From Candidatus Nomurabacteria bacterium (GTDB lineage: Bacteria; Patescibacteriota; Minisyncoccia; Phycocordibacterales; UBA9973): DNA of 36,665 nt. The stretch is from contig CALRFC010000001.1 of NCBI GenBank assembly GCA_943356395.1, positions 1 through 36,665 of the forward strand, given 5' to 3'. Of the stretch, positions 33,791-36,665 are shown piece after piece. The notes under the pieces are model-generated. The model saw only the letters and a list, made by a program, of their open reading frames with translations, made no database searches and had not been told where the DNA came from. Position 1 is the first letter of the stretch. Every line of letters starts with the position of its first letter. The position numbers and the translations under genes were made by a program.

Positions 33791-33911
33791 TCCTAGAACC
33801 TAAAAACTACCCGCCCGAACGTACCGTTCGGTACAGGCGGCGAACCAAGAACCTGAATTCCCGTTTGACATTCAAGCATATATTATGGTAATTTAATGAA
33901 AATTCTTAACA

Positions 33912-34763
33912 ATGATATACACGAACAAATCAGTCAGCATCGGCGTCGATTCGATCGGGGGGAACATAACATCCTTTCAAGTCGACGGCGACCACATCTT
34001 TTTCCCACAGCAAGCGCTCAAAGAGAACAACGAACTCAAAATCCGCGGCGGAAGCCACATCTGCTTCCCGAATTTCGGAAGTCAGAAAAATCCCCAAGAT
34101 TTTAAAGTTCAAAAGCACGGTTTTTTAAGAGAAAGACCAGTGCAGATTTCTTACGGATCTTCGATGTACGCAGCTTATGTGAAGGACAATTTCTGTCGCA
34201 TAGACGGAATGGATACGGACGAAAGTTACAAATTCATCTTGTCTCACTATGAGTACAATGCAAATGAAAGAGATTTTCCTAAGTTTTTCCCTTTTTCTTT
34301 CTCACTTGACAGCACACTCTTCTTTCTTGAGAAAGGATTCGCGCAAGTTATCAAAATCTCACATTCGGGAAACAAAGATGTTGCGCGAAAATCAATTCCT
34401 ATCAATCCGGCATTTCATCCGTACATAAATACGCGGATGTCGCGGGTGGCGATAGATGGTTTGGAAAAAGAGAGAATCGGTTTCTGGAATGATTCGTCTG
34501 TGGACGGGTTGTCATACCCGATGGCGTCGCCGATCACGATTATCCGCGAAAAGATGGATCGGAAAATAAAAATGCAATTCGGCGGGCTCTTCGCGGAAGT
34601 TCCGGATGCGAGAATCGTGCTGTGGAGGAATTACAATAATTCTCCGTATTTCTGCATCGAACCGGTTGCCGGCAATTCACACAAATTCGGAACCGAATAC
34701 GGACATTTTCTTCGTCCGGATCAGGACTCCGTTTGTGCGTGGATGAAGGTCGAAGTAGAGTAA
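33912..34763 (+). CDS. Aldose 1-epimerase / hexose-6-phosphate mutarotase-like protein
   Basis: 283 aa. IRGGSHICFPNFG resembles the GG.P.CFP.FG motif of the YeaD/aldose-epimerase family. Confidence 0.6.
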   Translation: MIYTNKSVSIGVDSIGGNITSFQVDGDHIFFPQQALKENNELKIRGGSHICFPNFGSQKNPQDFKVQKHGFLRERPVQISYGSSMYAAYVKDNFCRIDGMDTDESYKFILSHYEYNANERDFPKFFPFSFSLDSTLFFLEKGFAQVIKISHSGNKDVARKSIPINPAFHPYINTRMSRVAIDGLEKERIGFWNDSSVDGLSYPMASPITIIREKMDRKIKMQFGGLFAEVPDARIVLWRNYNNSPYFCIEPVAGNSHKFGTEYGHFLRPDQDSVCAWMKVEVE

Positions 34764-34776
34764 TGAAATTGAATTT

Positions 34777-34806
34777 TAAAACCCCGCTAGTCGGGGTTTT
34801 TCTTTT
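34777..34806 (+). terminator. Intrinsic terminator
   Basis: AAAACCCCG-CTAGT-CGGGGTTTTTCTTTT. Confidence 0.85.
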
Positions 34807-34900
34807 GCATTTTCTGGTATTTTTCCCAGCCCCTAGAAACTAGAACCTAGAACCTGTCTCCCTACAAAAGATATCCCCATCGCCCGAATTCCCCGCGGGG

Positions 34901-34929
34901 TTGACTTCCAAATTGGCATCCTATATACT
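34901..34929 (+). promoter_or_regulatory. Near-consensus sigma-70 promoter
   Basis: TTGACT (34901-06), 17 nt spacer, TATACT (34924-29). Confidence 0.6.
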
Positions 34930-34935
34930 CTCCCT

Positions 34936-35020
34936 GCCGATATGAATACTAACAAAACACCCAAGCGGAATAGATAAACGCCACCTGGTGTTTTACTCTC
35001 CGCCCAAAAGGCGGTTTTTT
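34936..35020 (+). ncRNA. Candidate ~85-nt short transcript or attenuator between the promoter and the 23S leader
   Basis: The inferred TSS is followed by an AAAACACC...GGTGTTTT stem and a terminator CCGCC-CAAAA-GGCGG plus TTTTTT (35000-35020). Confidence 0.3.
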
Positions 35021-35407
35021 AGTTAGAAAAACATAGACAGCGCATTTCTTTGTTGCTTCGCTCGTTTGCTCCCGCAATGTACAGTCGTACATTTTGGTCG
35101 CAAGCCTCGCTCGCGCCTCGAACTGCACCTGCCTCTGTTTTTCTAAGAATACGACTGCACGACTGACCATTGATAACCAAATACGCTCCACCTTTGTTTA
35201 GACATGGGGTCTTTTCGGAGGATGGAGTGGCAGGAAAAATCGTCGTGCTTCACACGAATGACTAATACTCAATGACTAATATCTAAGTAGATGCGGAATT
35301 CCGCATTTCATTAGAAATTAGAAATTAGAACTTAGAAATTTCGCACGGAGTGCGACAAACGTATGTTGCAATCAGTAGTAGGCAGCGGTGTCGAAATGAT
35401 TGTAAAT

Positions 35408-35438
35408 CCCGCGCATCACACAGTGTGTGATGCGCGGG
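35408..35438 (+). repeat. Perfect 14-bp hairpin just 5' of 23S, with the same sequence module as the internal 23S insertions
   Basis: CCCGCGCATCACAC-AGT-GTGTGATGCGCGGG. Confidence 0.8.
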
Positions 35439-35608
35439 TGGTGATTCTTACATTTCCTAATAGGAAATGTAAGAGCATATGGTGGATGCCTTGGTTTTGT
35501 ATGGCGATGAAGGACGTGGTATGGCTGCGATAAGCTTCGGGGAGGTGCCTAGCAACCGTTAATCCGAAGATGTCCGAATGGGGAAACCTCATTGCGTAAA
35601 CCGCAATG

Positions 35609-35670
35609 GCGTGCTTTGCACACAGTGTTTAAATATTTAAATATTTAAATATTGCGCGCAGAGCGCGCGC
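35609..35670 (+). repeat. 23S insertion block 1 (E. coli ~130-150 region)
   Basis: Extra sequence relative to E. coli, containing ATATTTAAATATTTAAATAT (35633-35652) flanked by GC-rich palindromic arms (TGCGCGCAGAGCGCGCGC). Confidence 0.6.
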
Positions 35671-35763
35671 TCACCCGGGGAAGTAAAACATTTCAGTACC
35701 CGGAGGAAAAGAAAACAATTGTTATTCTCCTAGTAGCGGCGAGCGAAAAGGGAAGAGCCCAAA

Positions 35764-35837
35764 CTGCGCATCACATTGCATGTGATGCTGATATTTAAAT
35801 ATTTAAATATCAGCATCGCGCGTAGCGTGATGCGCAG
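35764..35837 (+). repeat. 23S insertion block 2 (E. coli ~270-280 region)
   Basis: Closed by CTGCGCATCAC...GTGATGCGCAG. Internal perfect palindrome GATGCTGATATTTAAATATTTAAATATCAGCATC. The 20-mer lies at 35791-35810. Confidence 0.65.
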
Positions 35838-36140
35838 GGTTGTAAGGTGACGATGTAGATTTATCTAGAAGAGTTACAAAATATTTTGTTAGCGGAAGGC
35901 GCTGGAAAGCGCCGCCATAGAGGGTGATGGCCCCGTACGCGAAAATAAAATATCTCTTTGGTCGTCATTCTTGAGTACTTCGAGACACGAATAGCTCGGA
36001 GGAATCCACCGGAACTAACCGGTAAGGCTAAATACATACAAAAACCGATAGTGAACTAGTACCGCGAGGGAAAGGTGAAAAGAACCCCGATAAGGGGAGT
36101 GAAATAGATCTGAAACCATATGCTTACAAAGAGTCGGAGC

Positions 36141-36224
36141 GGACGCATCACACAGTGTGTGATGCGATATTTCAATATTTAAATATTTAAATATCAGCAT
36201 CGCGCTTTGCGCGATGCGCCCGTC
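36141..36224 (+). repeat. 23S insertion block 3 (helix 25 region, E. coli ~540-550)
   Basis: GACGCATCACACAGTGTGTGATGCG, then the 20-mer (36175-36194), then CAGCATCGCGCTTTGCGCGATGCGC. Confidence 0.65.
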
Positions 36225-36665
36225 ACGGCGTGCCTATTGAAGAATGAGCCAACGAGTTTATGCATATTGCGAGGCTAAGTCTTATAAACGGATGGAGCCG
36301 CAGGGAAACCAAGTGTTAATAGCGCGATTAAGTAGTATGCATAAGACCCGAAGCCAGGTGAGCTACCCATGAGCAGGTTGAAGTTTATCGAAAGATAGAT
36401 GGAGGACCGAACCGGTGAGCCGTTCAACACTCTCGGATGACTTGTGGGTTGGAGTGAAAAGCTTATCGAACCTGGTAATAGCTGGTTCTCTCCGAAATAG
36501 CTTTAGGGTTAGCGTCGCGTGTTCCTTTTGGGGGTAGAGCACTGGAAGATTTCGACAGGGAGCAATCTCGCGAAATCTATCAAACTCCGAATACCAGAAG
36601 TCAAAAACGCGGCAGTTAGACGGCGGGGGCGAAGCTCCGTTCGTCAAAAGGGAAACAGCCCAGAT

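Larger units (their letters stand above)
35440..36665 (+). rRNA. rrl: 23S ribosomal RNA, 5' portion (runs off the window); the start is approximate (+/- 30 nt)
   Basis: GGTGGATGCCTTGG...GCGATGAAGGACGTG, AGTAGCGGCGAGCGAA, CCGATAGTGAACTAGTACCGCGAGGGAAAGGTGAAAAGAACCCC, GACCCGAAGCCAGGTGA, AGCTGGTTCTC and GGGAAACAGCCCAGA all align by eye to E. coli 23S positions ~20-830. Confidence 0.95.

Noticed and set aside
30214-35340. Possible CRISPR arrays among the tandem or word repeats (30214-30245, 33711-33735, 34833-34856, 35309-35340)
   Set aside because: Repeat units are only 7-8 nt with no unique spacers of 25-40 nt, and no cas genes are in the window.
34949-36647. ORFs 34949-35191, 36015-36200 and 36363-36647
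   Set aside because: The last two lie inside the 23S rRNA gene. The first spans a terminator and the rRNA leader hairpins.
1-36665. tRNA genes, 16S or 5S rRNA, tmRNA, SRP RNA, and alternative genetic code
   Set aside because: I found no T-loop/acceptor-type signatures (GGTTCGAATCC-like) and no 16S, 5S, tmRNA or SRP consensus blocks by eye. All recognised genes read through with standard stops (TAA/TAG/TGA) and need no recoding.

Overview
This window looks like a small-genome, CPR/Patescibacteria-like bacterium; that placement is an inference from gene content and rRNA organisation. All calls are by-eye motif recognition with no database search.

Coding content, in order:
- Left core block: a partial TatD-like gene end, rpsF-ssb-[four-helix-bundle ORF]-rpsR, efp, recA, a small membrane protein, ftsK and a divergent wHTH protein.
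- Envelope and glycan region (about 8.5-29.6 kb): a Ser/Thr-rich surface protein with a peptidoglycan-binding domain, a Wzy_C/O-antigen-ligase-like protein with a TPR tail, a transglutaminase-like protein, gmd-fcl, a Nudix-fold protein, a GT11 fucosyltransferase, a second Wzy_C-like protein and a GT2.
- Inside that region, a convergent nine-gene minus-strand operon: flippase, GT2, DegT aminotransferase, three SDR enzymes, DUF5672-like, GT11-like/DUF3431-like fusion and methyltransferase-GT17 fusion.
- Right end: a GIY-YIG ORF, rplJ-rplL, a wHTH/NTase-like protein, a TM-helix-repeat membrane protein, an aldose-1-epimerase-like protein, and the 5' ~1.2 kb of a 23S rRNA with no 16S or tRNA upstream. 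I found no tRNA and no CRISPR array.

Most unusual signals:
1. Every translation-apparatus locus here carries hairpin- or inverted-repeat-bounded insertions.
   - A four-helix-bundle (IVS-protein/Avd-like) ORF splits ssb from rpsR.
   - A GIY-YIG cassette abuts the rplJ start codon.
   - A ~300-bp structured segment sits at the 3' end of rplL, bounded by 13-bp direct repeats that each complete the rplL frame.
   - Three sequence-related modular insertions in 23S domain I share an identical 20-mer.
2. Dispersed 'word-like' palindromic repeat families occur at nearly all operon boundaries.
3. -10-like hexamers lie 6-9 nt upstream of many start codons, which suggests leaderless mRNAs.
4. The envelope region is best read as a protein O-glycosylation system for a surface protein, with rare fusion enzymes.
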